DNA from: Chrysomallon squamiferum
Taxonomy: Eukaryota > Animalia > Mollusca
NCBI GenBank assembly: GCA_012295275.1
Contig: CM022672.1
Coordinates: forward strand, 6,386,001-6,450,000
DNA length: 64,000 nucleotides
Reading direction: 5' to 3'
Below, piece after piece: positions 1-13,382 of the stretch. The notes under the pieces are model-generated. The model ran no database searches, had not been told where the DNA came from, and saw nothing but the letters and a program-made list of their open reading frames with translations. The translations under genes were made by a program, and so were the position numbers. The stretch's first letter is position 1. Every line of letters begins with the position of its first letter.

Positions 1-111
1 ATCTATGTATGTAAATATTATTGAGCATGTGTATATTATGTATATGTATATGTATTTGTGAATATATTTGTGTACGTGGTAATGTTAGTGTATAATTATA
101 CATATAACTTA

Positions 112-143
<32 letters not shown>

Positions 144-639
144 CTGTCAATGTGTCTCTCTCACTCTGTTTTTTTGAGACTGTATAGTTAAGTGTCTGTT
201 TGTATATATATATAAGTATCATGTATATTCGTATGTCTGAATTTATTTAACAGGGTGTGTATTACACATGGGTGTAAGTAGGCATATTTTTATATGTTAG
301 TATATTCTGTATGTATATATTTAATGAGAACGAGTTTGTGTGTTTGTGAATCTAATAATGTACATTTTAATAAATATGTACTTGAGTACCAAACCTAGTC
401 TGTCTACGTTCTGTATAGGTATACGGTTTGAAAGGAAATAGAGTGAACTGACAGCCAGCCTGGTTTAATCCCAAATAAATAAGACATGAGTGTAGATCAC
501 CAAAAGATCCATCAGTGCAAGGATGTCAAGAGAGTCAGGGATGGTCTAAACTATGTCCATTTTACATTTAACTGTACCTGTGAACATTCCTGTGAATATT
601 ATTTTTGTATCTATTTATCTATATCTGTTCAACTGTGAA

Positions 640-673
<34 letters not shown>

Positions 674-772
674 ATTTATATATATATATATATATATAAT
701 TTCTACATAAGGTATCAAAAAACACCCGAATGCATTCTAAGCTATTTAAATACATACACAAGCCATAAGCGC

Positions 773-826
<54 letters not shown>

Positions 827-1479
827 TGTTTGCTGTTGATTAGGACTACATTAAACAAAAATTATTGAAAATAATTCTTCCATTTTTAATTCTAAGACTC
901 ACTCTTCTGTGACATTTAAAAATACTGAAGAAAATTTAAAATCTCATAAAAGCATAAATATTTTATCCAGTTCAACACAGCTGTTCGACGAATTAACATC
1001 TGTGGATGGAAGACAGCCCTTTAAAAAAATGGTGACATTTTCTTATGTATATTTTATTAGTTTTTATGTCGCCTCTGACATTTGTAACTACTTTCTATCC
1101 TTTATCTGTGTTTCTGTCGTCGGAATAAATGTCAGCCTGTTTTGTATTTAAAATCAAATAATAATAACAATAATAACAACATGAAGAAGAAGAAGAAGAA
1201 TAAGAATTTTATAAAAATGTAGAAAGATGTTGAAAATGAAGATATCAGAGAGAGAGAGTGATTGAGAAGGAGCTGATGAAAAAAGTAAAAAGATAAGAAA
1301 GTGTTGATGGCAGCAGGAAATGAAGCAGGAAAAGACAGAGAAAGACAAACAGACACACACATAGTTAGGTACATAAATAACTGATGGACAGAGATATGTG
1401 TATGGATTTAGACTGGCAGACAAACAGAGAGTCAGAGCGTCAGACAGATAGATAAACAGATATACAGACAGACGGACAT

Positions 1480-1516
1480 AAATAGACTGATAAATAGATA
1501 TAGATAGAAATAGATG

Positions 1517-1560
<44 letters not shown>

Positions 1561-1630
1561 TAGATAGAAATAGATAGAAATAGATAGATACATACATAGA
1601 TAGATAGATACACAGATAGATAGATAAATG
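1480..1630. repeat. (TAGA)n microsatellite, imperfect
   Basis: Direct reading. Confidence 0.9.
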
Positions 1631-2127
1631 GATTAAACAGACCGGAGAATAAAGAGAGAAACAGACAGAAAGAAAGAGCGATAGCAAGAGAGAGAGAGAA
1701 AAAGAGAAAGAAAACAAATCAAAACAAAGAAAGAACAAGAGCAAGAAATATTGAGAGACAAACAAATTCTCAAATAATAACAAGGAAGCCTTAGCCACTA
1801 ATTAGGTACTACGAAATGACGTCAATATTTGTGGAGTATCTGCACAAGATGTTTTTGTTTTCTTGGATTCCGGGGCTTTAGGAAATCTGCGGCGAAAATT
1901 TGAAATAAATCTTAGTACTAGAAGAGGCATAATCCCCTTGTGCGAGAGACAATATGAGTGTACTGATAATGTCCAGAAAGCCGTGAGACAATGTTCTTTA
2001 CAAAAGAAATGAGAATAGCACACAGAGAAAAATAAGTAAATGTTGATTATTAAACAATGCGCGGGTTCGTGTGCGGCTGGAAATAATATTTGTAGAAGAA
2101 CAGGAAAATGAGAATTATTAAACACAC

Positions 2128-2129
<2 letters not shown>

Positions 2130-2197
<68 letters not shown>
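2130..2197. repeat. (GA)n microsatellite
   Basis: Direct reading. Confidence 0.95.
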
Positions 2198-2198
<1 letters not shown>

Positions 2199-2784
2199 AC
2201 GTCAGGCACATATATATAAATTTTAAACACAGTCAACTTCAAAGAACTAGTAAACATACGAACTACTTTCGTTCGCTTTTTTCTTTAATACATAAAAAGG
2301 TTATATTATTTGTCTGCTTACTTCAGTAAGATTTATTTTAACACAATTATCTGTAAATTACACAAAGATGAAAGCCTAAGATCAGAATGTCGCTCAACTG
2401 ACCTGTCTTTTTATCTGCGTATTGCTACAAGTAAAGGTTCTGTGCCAGAGGGAAGCCATTACGAAACACGAGCAAGATGACAGGCATAATATTATTATTA
2501 TTACACGCCGTTTTTAGTTAATTTAATTTCCATGACCTTCTCGTCTTTTATGTGTTTTTTTTTTTTTTTTTTTTAAAACCGTTTGATGATAATTTAAACA
2601 TATTTTATTTCAGGTTCTGATTTCGTTTCAAAGATTTTACAAAGTAATACATTTTTTTTTTTTTTTGTTGGATATCTGATGCTCTGATATATATAAAATA
2701 TGACAACAACAACAACAACATTAATGATGATGATGATAATTGTTATAATGTGAAAGATAAGTTGCAAAACCCAAACAACAACAA

Positions 2785-2845
<61 letters not shown>

Positions 2846-3154
2846 CTTCAGATAATCACATAGACAATATCAAGTTCTGCCCCAAGATAAAATCTGCAGC
2901 TGGGAAATCTGCTGTGGGCAAATTATGGTGGACTTTATTGGAAAGACTCCGAGAGGGACGCGTGGCTAATGCGACAAAGGATTCTCAAGACGTTATAATC
3001 CTACACTGATCCAGAAGAACTGTCTTTTAATTTGAAGATTCTCCGTGTTGTAGAGGACAAAATGTCTTTGGAATTGTTCTTCTACGTTTGATTAAATTAA
3101 CCGCATATTAACACTCACTGCTCGTATTCCAAGACGCATAGTGCAAGGCCTTAC

Positions 3155-3750
3155 GTAGGAATAACGGTATTCGTCAGTCGGATGATTATTGTAGGAATAA
3201 TTTGCATTAAGTCAAGTGGATGATTACGCTGGAATAACGGTATTCGTCAGTTTGGATGATAATAGATAAATAATATTGACTGAGATGAATGTGTAGGTAT
3301 ATAAACGGTATTAATCGATCGGATGATTATGTAGAAATAACTGTATTTGTCAGTTTGGATGATTGTAGATGAATATCAATGTTACTCAGTCAGATAAATA
3401 CACAGATATCGATTTGGGTGAACAGGTTGGAATAACGTTATTTGCCAATTGAATAATTATAGAAGAATAACTGTATTAGTCGATCGATGATTATGTAGGA
3501 ATAACTGTATTAGCTCATTCGGATGATTATGTATGCATAAAGTCTGTCGGATGATTATGTAGGAATAACTGTATTAAGTCAGTCGGATGATTATGTAGTA
3601 GGAATAATTGTATTATCTCATTCGGATGATCATGTAGAAATAACTGTATTAAGTCAGTCGGATGATTATGTAGTAGGAATAATTGTATTATCTCATTCGG
3701 ATGATTATGTAGGAATAACTGTATTAAGTCAGTCGGATGATTATGAAGGA
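3155..3750. repeat. Minisatellite with 36-39 bp unit, degenerate at the left end
   Basis: Tandem copies of GGATGATTATGTAGGAATAACTGTATTAAGTCAGTC and the variant GGATGATTATGTAGTAGGAATAATTGTATTATCTCATTC. Confidence 0.9.
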
Positions 3751-4068
3751 GTATCTAATACGATGTCATATTCTGTACAGAATCCAAGTTACCTTTTTTC
3801 CTAACACATAAAGTATCATTATAATTATAAGGCCAATATTTAAGAGTTCTAAGTGGTATACTGTACGTGGTATGAATAGAGAAAGGAAACAGATAAATAT
3901 ATTTTTTCTTCTGCTTTGTTTGTTTGTTGCTGTTGTTGTTGTTTTTAAGTGTAGTAACAAAATTTAAAATTACTCAAAAAAAAAAAAATAATAATAATAA
4001 TAAAAATAATAAAATAAATATATAAATAAATAAATAAATAATGATTAAAAATAATATATAATAATATA

Positions 4069-4162
<94 letters not shown>

Positions 4163-4164
4163 AT
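4069..4164. repeat. (AAT)n then (AAAT)n microsatellite
   Basis: Direct reading. Confidence 0.9.
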
Positions 4165-4296
4165 ATGTTAATTGATTAATTAATAATAATAATAAAGTTT
4201 CAGAAATAAATATTTTCGGTAAATTTAACTAAAAATAGGCTTAATAAAATGACTTTATTTGTTATGATTATTATAATCATCATTATCATCATCATC

Positions 4297-4343
<47 letters not shown>

Positions 4344-5947
4344 TACTGTTATTATTAAAACTAATAATTTAAAACGTGAAGAGAAAAACAGATAACTGCC
4401 TCGACTGGTTTTTCAACAACTCTCTTTTAGCGAAGTCAAAAATTATGCTCACGAAATGCACGGCAGGACAGTTAAAAGCATAAACTTATTTTTTTTTAAA
4501 TTACAAATTCCCTACACCCCATTAAACTCTCAGTCAAGCAACAAAATCCTCTGATTAATTAGAAAAGGCCGTGGGTAACATCCAGTTCCAGTCTTCAGAA
4601 ACCCATTGTATGAAGAAAATTAACAGTTCTTTAAGAATCAGGCTGTATATAGATTGCAGTGAAATAATGTTTTGTTGTGTAAAAAAAAAAAAGAGATAAA
4701 AATCTACGAGGCGCCAATAAAGAATGTAATGAAACGAAATTATAAAATTTGACCTTTTTCTTAAGAAGTATGTCGGCATTTAGTCTCGATATTAACCAAT
4801 GTATGACGAGAGTTTTGTGTTAATAAAAGCCAACACATCTAAAGTAGTTTCAAAATATTACTCCTTTTTTCTCCTTCTCTTCGATTTTTTTTTTAAATTT
4901 TATTATTATTATTATTATTATTACATTTTACTATTATATATATATTTTTTTAATTTTATTATTTTTATTATTATTATTAATATTATTACATTTTTTTATA
5001 TATTTTATTTTTTTAATTTTTTTTCTTGCTGTTATCCTATCCAAAAACATTTATAACTCAAAATAACAAGAATCTAAAAAAAAAGAAAAAAAAAAAAAGA
5101 AAACTACCTAAAAAAAAAAGGTTGAAATATTGTTTTTTTTGTTTTTTTTAATTTAATTTATTTTATTGTTATCGAAAGATATTTACTAGTTTTTATATAT
5201 GTATTTATAAACATCACTTTAAATATGCTGTGTGACATTTAAATATCACTTACTACCTTTTAAGCCTCTACTTGGCAGATGCGACGTCTTCACACTGTGT
5301 TTGAGTGAAATTCTAATCTCGCAGCGACTGGACAACGTCTTCTGCGATGAACGTGAAGCCCACGAGGACCGGAAGTCTTCTGCGACTTACGCTAAATGGA
5401 AACACAGAAGCCATAAATGTGTTCAGTTGTTTTGAAAACCTGATACATTTGGCTGGTTTCGTTTTCAATGAAAAAAAAAAAAAAAAATAAAGACTTTAAA
5501 AGAAACAAAAGGGTTTATTTGTATGATCATAAATCAGACAGAAAAATCATATTAAAAAGTTTAAAAAAAAAAAAAAAAAAAAAAATAGATTAATACTTTA
5601 AGCTTACAACTTTCAGCAGATAATGAAAGATGGATTTAGTATATTCATATGACATATGACAAATCTCATTAGTAAAATTGTCCATTAAAGGATAATAGAT
5701 TTTTATCCTTTAATATATATATTTTTTTATCATACATATATAAATTTTTAATCGCTAATTTGGTTGCATGAGAAACAACAAATAAATAAATAAATAAATA
5801 AATAAATAGTAATAACTGCAGAAATGGAAAATGATTTATTTATTATTATTATTGTTGTTGTTGTTGTTGTCTTTCTTCTTCTTATTATTATTAATGCTTT
5901 TAGTACTATTCCTGATAATTCCAATTACTATTACTACTACTACAACA

Positions 5948-5990
<43 letters not shown>

Positions 5991-7998
5991 ATAATAATAA
6001 TAATAATAAACGAATAAGCTAACAAACAAAACTATAAACAAACATACAGACAGACAAGCAAAAAACAAAAATAAATAAAAAGAAAAGAAACAGCGCATCT
6101 TTGTCAGCCGTACGCATGCTAAATAAAACTGGGTGTATGTGTGGAAATAAAGTGTTTACAGAAAACTAATAATCGAATTTGGATGAAAAATATACTGTTG
6201 TAGTCCAGAACAAAGTATTCCTAAGACTGTAACACTGACACTTGTTACAAACGTCCTATAAAAAATAAATTACTGTTTGTATGATTGACCTTAACATCAT
6301 ATTTGATAACAAATCCATATATACTCACATCAACTCACATCACTGAGAAACATAATTTGAACAGTACAATTCAAGCGTAATCTTTGTGAACAATATGTAT
6401 TTTTGTTTTTTTGTACACACAGACGTCTGAAATGTTTTTTTTTTTTTTTTTCTGTTTTATTTATGATCCATGTTGACTAATATAATGACTGCAGATTTCG
6501 AGATGATTTTCTTTTTACAGAAGAGTCTACGTTTATATTCGCAGGTTTGTGTGATTATGTTTGGGGGAATATGCATTTATGTCTGCATAAAGAAACGTTC
6601 TGATGGCATGGATCTCATCTGACATAGACGTAATATGGTAATTATATTATGATTACTTAGTTTTTAACCACATTTTAAAAATAATAATACTTTATATATA
6701 TCTTCCAGATTACGAATTTTTTTTCTTGCAGTTTGGAACTGGTATATATACTTTAATTACATGTGAAAGTTACAGAACATTAATATAATTTGTTTTATTA
6801 TACCAACAGTTTGAACAAAAAAATGTTACTACTACTTCTACTACTTCATCTACAGCTACTACACTCTTACTATTACTAATACTACTAAACTATTTCTCAG
6901 TGCTGCTACTGCTGCTGCTGCTGCTATTACCACTATTACTATACTTTCGTAGTCGAATCATTGACGTGGTGAGGAGGCTTGTGTGTCTCAGTGACGCAAA
7001 AAGCTGTGCCAGCAGGAGTTTTGGCTTCTGACACAGACACCCATGCTGGACTGGTCAGTGGACACAGTCTAGACAGATATGGACTAAGGGAGAGAAAAAC
7101 CTCGGGTGCTGACGTCAGAAGTACGACGCACTCTAACAGTCCCCAATACTGTACATCAACAGCTATAGACAGACTACAACAACTCTCCAGAAGAAGCTGT
7201 AAGACACAAAAAGTGATCTACAGAGAACAGTGTTGTTAACAGTCACTGCTGGCCTTGACGTGTAAAGGAAGAAGAAGACTATTTATCACTATTACTACGA
7301 CAAATTACTGCCAGTCCTACGAACACTACTACTACGACCAGTATCACTACTACAGTTACAACTACACTTAGTACTACCACCACCACCACAACCACCACTA
7401 CTACAACTACCATTATTATGATAATGATTATTGTTATACCAACCTGAAACTTTTCTGGTGGTGGCAACTATTTTTGTTGTTTTTTCGCTCTCCTTAAAAA
7501 CGTGGTTAACGTATCCACTTTAAAACGACATCTCGCTTTGTTCCCCACCGAAGTTGACATTTCAGTCACATTTCAATAGGAAACTAGGCCTGTGTAATGC
7601 CGAAGATTCCTCCTTCGATAGCCATCAAATAAAAAAGGCTGTAGAAAGGATGTTTTGAATTACCATCTTTCTTTATTATTCATTATTGAAACACATTAAC
7701 TTTTCCATTAATCAGTTTTTATTTGCTTTTCTCTGCATTGCTAATCTCGCTTTGGTTCCTGCAGATGCTTTTAATGTCAGCTTGTTTTATTTCATTTTCT
7801 CTGTGCTGTTTTCGCGAATATCCCATTTCCGTGTTACAGTATAGGAGGTGGGATGTCAAAGCTAATAAATTTACTTGTACTTATTCGATTGTGATATAAT
7901 GAGAAAAGTGCGGATCTGTAGAGTGTGAATGATGATGATTAGTATTAGTTAAGTAAAAATAAGTAATGTTGCATACATACATACACACACACACACAT

Positions 7999-8031
<33 letters not shown>

Positions 8032-8032
8032 T

Positions 8033-8083
<51 letters not shown>

Positions 8084-8197
8084 TATATATACACACATAT
8101 ATAAAGGTTCCTCGACATGCGCCGTTTTGACTTTACGGCGGTAATCCCAAAAATAATTTCATTTCCTCTTCCAGCCTCTGCATCTTCTTCAGTGGCA

Positions 8198-8821
8198 CTG
8201 TCTCCATCACCTTCTGCAAGTTCTCATCCTCCCTCTCCATCACCTTCTACAGGTTCTCGTCCTGTCTCTCCATCACCTTCTACAAGTTCTCCTCCTCTCT
8301 CCATCACCTTCTACAAGTTCTCCTCCTGTCTCTCCATTACCTTCTACAGGTTCTCCTCCTGTCTCTCCATCACCTTCTACAAGTTCTCCTCCTGTCTCTC
8401 CATCACCTTCTACAAGTTCTCCTCCTCCCTCTCCATCACCTTCTACAGGTTCTCCTCCTGTCTCTCCATCACCTTCTACAGGTTCTCGTCCTGTCTCTTC
8501 ATCACCTTCTAAAAGTTCTCCTCCTGTCTCTTCATCACCTTCTACAGGCTCTCCTCCTGCCTTTCGAGCTCCTTATACAGGTTCTCCTCCTGTCTCTCCA
8601 TCACCTTCTACAAGTTCTCCTCCTGCCTCTCCATCACCTTCTACAAGTTCTCCTCCTGTCTCTTCATCACCTTCTACAAGTTCTCCTCCTGTCTCTCCAT
8701 CACCTTCTACAAGTTCTCCTCCTGTCTCTCCATCACCTTCTACAAGTTCTCCTCCTGCCTTTCCAGCTCCTTCTACAAGTTCTCGTCCTGTCTCTCCATC
8801 ACCTTCTACAGGTTCTCCTCC
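8198..8821. repeat. Minisatellite with 33 bp unit, about 19 copies
   Basis: Unit CTCCATCACCTTCTACAAGTTCTCCTCCTGTCT repeated with few substitutions and one 4-bp-short unit near 8295. Confidence 0.95.
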
Positions 8822-9150
8822 TTTCACTTCATCCTCCTCCTCCTCCTCCTTACAATGTCCCTTCCAGTGTGCAGGCCAACCATAGGATAAAAGGTAAAAT
8901 AATTGTTTTCATTTTTTATATATATATTTTTTAATCACCTGTACAAAATGTACAGTTTCATTTGTCATTTTGGGGACTGTTCTCATTTTTATCTTGTTTT
9001 TATTACAGTTTCGTTTTTGTCATTTTTCTATACTGTAATTATCGTTTTACGTTAGGTAAGTGACTTAGGCTATGGTAATTCTCTCTTGCGTCCATGATCC
9101 CCTTACGTCTGTCCGTATGAAAGGATCTCCGACGTAATTCTAGAACCCCC

Positions 9151-9475
9151 TGTATGTATGAATGTATGAATGTATGTATGTATGTATGAATGTATGTATG
9201 TATGTATGTATGTATGTATGTATGTATGAATGTATGTATGTATGTATGTATGTATGTATGTATGTATGTATGTATGTATGAATGTATGTATGTATGTATG
9301 TATGTATGTATGAATGTATGTATGTATGTATGTATGTATGTATGTATGTATGTATGTATGAATGTATGTATGTATGTATGTAATGTATGTATGGATGTAT
9401 GTATGTATGTATGTATGTGGATGTATTTTGTATAATGTGGATGTATTTTGTGGATGTATTTTGTATATGTATGCA
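9151..9475. repeat. (TATG)n microsatellite with AATG interruptions
   Basis: Direct reading; source of the HTYI and MYVC pseudo-ORFs. Confidence 0.95.
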
Positions 9476-9871
9476 TTCGTATGTAAATTCTGATTTCATA
9501 ATTTCATGTGATATTATTTAAGATATTTTAATACACCGGTGCTTTATAAAACACACAGGATCAAGGCCAACTGCTCGAAAGCAATAATCCAAACCTAAAT
9601 CCAGCGGAAATTATGACTCGGGCTGTCCTAGCATATCCATTACGTTCGTCTAATGAATGTTTTCAAGAATATCCAAAGCCAAACCTTTAGGGACAAAGGT
9701 TACTGAGATCACTGAATATTTTGCCAAACGTAATTAACAGCAATAATGTTTCTTTATAATGTAATTGTTTTTATTACACGCTGAAGAATGAAACTAATTC
9801 GTTAATTATAGTCCTCTATACCCACGTTATTGTAGGAATAATAAACAGTTGACATATATCTGGTATAGTAG

Positions 9872-9907
<36 letters not shown>

Positions 9908-10339
9908 GTAGTGGTAATAACAGTAGTGATGATGGCGATGACAAGAATATAATCACCAAAATCCAATCATCGCAACGAACACAACAACAACAAAAACAAG
10001 AACAATAATAAAAAAATAATAAAAACTTGACCAAGTTAACAGAAAGATAACAAAGAATATCTAGAAAACCATAAAATAATTACGTTACGTTAAAACTGGA
10101 GACTGTAATACAAAAAAGTAAACAAAAAACAACAGCATGAATATCTTGTTCGCGTTATCAGTCTAAGAAACTGGTTGCCAGGCAAAGTGATTTTAAAGAA
10201 TATTATTCTAGAAAGATTATTTTTTTAAATTTTAATTATTTTAACTATTTCATTATTTACTTTTTTATCGTTATTAATTAAAAGAAAAAAAAAAAGAAGA
10301 AAAAGGGTAGAAAAGAAATTTTAATCAATACTTATATCC

Positions 10340-10382
<43 letters not shown>

Positions 10383-10598
10383 TAATAATAAACTGTTGCT
10401 ATTAAAGGGTGATAAACCTCGGGAATATATATGTGTATATATATATATATAAACATATACATGTATGTACATAAGTAATTTACTGAAGTAAATACAATTC
10501 AGTCCCAAAAAGCTACATTTTTGGTCAGTGGTTGATAACAAAGTAATTTATATAATCATATATCTTGCCACTACACACAGTTATTGCACAACAGAACG

Positions 10599-10701
<103 letters not shown>

Positions 10702-10722
10702 TTTAAATTTTAAAATCCTCAC

Positions 10723-11054
10723 CTGAGCTGAATGAATCTGTAAACTTTATGCTGCTAAGGGAAAACAAAAACGAAAAAACAAAAACAAAAACAAACAAAC
10801 AAAAAAATTCTGCTTAATATGTCGCTATTGTTTTCCTTGTTGTTATTCTCACTGTTGTTATTTTTAATTTAAATTTATCCTTATAACCACAGTGTCAAAA
10901 CAATCCCTCGCCACAGAACACCATAAAATACCACGTATCACGCAGTTATTTCACAATCACAAACTTAGCTGTCAACTGCTGGATAGATAATTACGCTGAC
11001 GATCCTCGGTTTTTACCAGCGAAGAAGAGCCTTGAAAAATCCTTTGAACGCCAT
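10723..11054 (-). CDS. Candidate first two coding exons of an unidentified minus-strand gene
   Basis: Exon 11017-11054 (ATA ATG G start, donor GTAAAA) plus exon 10723-10754 (long pyrimidine tract with CCCTTAG acceptor, CAG|GTGAGG donor) splice to MAFKGFFKALLRCSIKFTDSFSS. A CpG patch with GCGGAAGT lies upstream at about 11050-11190. No homology recognised. Confidence 0.3.
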
Positions 11055-11614
11055 TATTTTGTCACTATACATATGCCATTGGTTCCTTGTGTCGTTTGGA
11101 ATGTAGCATTTTCGAGTATGTGGCGCGTGCTCGTAATGTTGTCTCGATATTCGAGAAATGGAGGTAATCGATGACAGAGTGCGGAAGTAATGAGTAATTT
11201 CAAGAAAAATATTTTATTAGTTTTATTAGTTTTATTATTAATGATTTTGGATGTTCATCTTTTTTTCTTTTCTTTTTTATTTTTTTTTTCTTTATTTTTT
11301 TTATTTTTTTATAAATCATATTAATTCTAATTTTGAAAACACACTAAAAATAACAACAGCTCGATGAAGACTACGAAAACAATAATCACAAAAGATGATG
11401 ACATTTAATAACAATAACAAAAATGTATTTGTTACTAATTCAGGGTTCTGTCCATATTTAACCATTCGAATCATCGCAGAAAACGATTTAAATTACTTTA
11501 TATACAATGAATAGCAGTTCTGTGAAAGAAGACAATTTAGAACTGGTTATTAAGCTTCGTATTTTATATATAATGGCCTATCTCAAGATCTGTATCTTCT
11601 CACTGTCCATCGGT

Positions 11615-11671
<57 letters not shown>

Positions 11672-11762
11672 CATCCATCTCTCTCTCTGTCTGTCTATCT
11701 TTTTATGTGAATGTATGTTTTTTATGTATGTGTGTGTATGTATGTATGTATTCATGTATGTA

Positions 11763-11793
<31 letters not shown>

Positions 11794-11854
11794 CATACTC
11801 TTTATTTGTATTGTAAAGTACAGGCGACAGTTAGTATATTCTCTTCAAATTTTC

Positions 11855-11888
<34 letters not shown>

Positions 11889-12230
11889 TGTAAATATCAT
11901 TCGAGTCTTATTTATTCTCAAGCTAGTTCATTACTCAAACATCCTTTCAGCAATAATAATATATTGTCAGCTGTATGAAAGCAATATTGATTTTCAAAGT
12001 TCTGTGTAATTGTATTCTGAAATGTGATCCACCTATAACCGTCTGAAGAAGAAAAGTATGTATATACAGTACGCTGAACAATATCGGCAAACAGCTTAAA
12101 GTGCGAATCTATGCACAGTGATTAGGTACCTTTACAAAAAATAAAATAAAATAAAATAAAAAATACATTATATACTCATTTTCACAACTAAATTCAGTTA
12201 TCTGTCTACGAAATGACGTCATCAGTCAAA

Positions 12231-12265
<35 letters not shown>

Positions 12266-12996
12266 CAACAACAAAGAAACATAAAAAATAAAAAAACTGT
12301 TGATATACATTATAACCAAAAACAGGTAGTGTGTATGAAATAATACTAAACGTATTTAAGCCATTTATTAGTTTTACTCACACACACACACATTCGCAAA
12401 TACAAACGCTCACATATACACAGCCAAACACAAGAACGAAAAAATAAGTAATTAAATAAATAAATTCATTCATACATTAACCTTTTTTTTTTTTTTAAAG
12501 AATAAGAAAAATACCTTTTTAATTTATTAATATTATTGTTATTAGACTCAAAGGTTACAAAACCAATAGCTGCGTTTCCTTAAAATCCTCAGTAATTAGC
12601 AGAAACACAGTCCGTGTATGATGTCAGAGGAGAAAGTCAAGAAAAGAATAAAATGGTCGAAATCTGATAATAAAATTTATTTTTCAATTCAAAATAGTTA
12701 ATATTGTGAGTTTAAACAGCAAATTTCTTTTTTGTTTTGTTTTGTCTTTTTTTAATTAAAAGATTTTATTTAATCTCAGAATCGCTGTGATTAATGGATG
12801 TAGAAAATAAATTACTTTTTTTATGAAATATAATAAAAAGAAAAGCACAAATTATTTCCAGTTATTGCTAAACTAAACACTAATCTACTAGATTTGAATG
12901 TTATTATTATTATTTTCATTTAATTTGGTGGAACTGTAATAATTATTAAATAAAAATAAACTTCAACAAAATATCATTCCCGGTCAGCGTCCTGCG

Positions 12997-13070
12997 ACAG
13001 CGACTTCGGGATTCGATCTCACTACTTGCAATACTTGTGTCAGTGACTTAACCAATTTACCTTGACTGGA
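12997..13070 (-). mobile_element. Degenerate tRNA-derived SINE head (or tRNA pseudogene)
   Basis: Minus strand reads GGTAAATTGGTTAAGTCAC (A-box-like), then GAGATCGAATCCC (B-box-like) at tRNA-like spacing; no intact cloverleaf. Confidence 0.45.
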
Positions 13071-13290
13071 AAGAGCGTGTGACAAAATTTCTCATAACTG
13101 ATAGACTAATTAGTCTGATTCACCGAAATAACCGGAATTTCTTTGTCCACTTCACAAAAGCATGCTACAGCAGCCAGACAAAGATTTATAAAGGACTGCA
13201 TTGATGTGCGCTGTACGTTGGTGTTTGATTTATAGCGCTTGTTGTTTGCTCGCCATCTTGTTTATAACAATCCAGACGTGAATGCATTTA

Positions 13291-13382
<92 letters not shown>

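Noticed and set aside
3155-3750. 36-bp repeats as a CRISPR array
   Set aside because: The units are directly tandem with no unique spacers, there are no cas genes, and the DNA is eukaryotic.
9703-9725. bantam-like TGAGATCA seed (also near 15259)
   Set aside because: Only the seed matches; the rest of the mature miRNA and a precursor hairpin are absent.
12997-13070. Functional tRNA gene
   Set aside because: Acceptor and anticodon stems do not pair and the B box deviates; kept only as a SINE-like relic.
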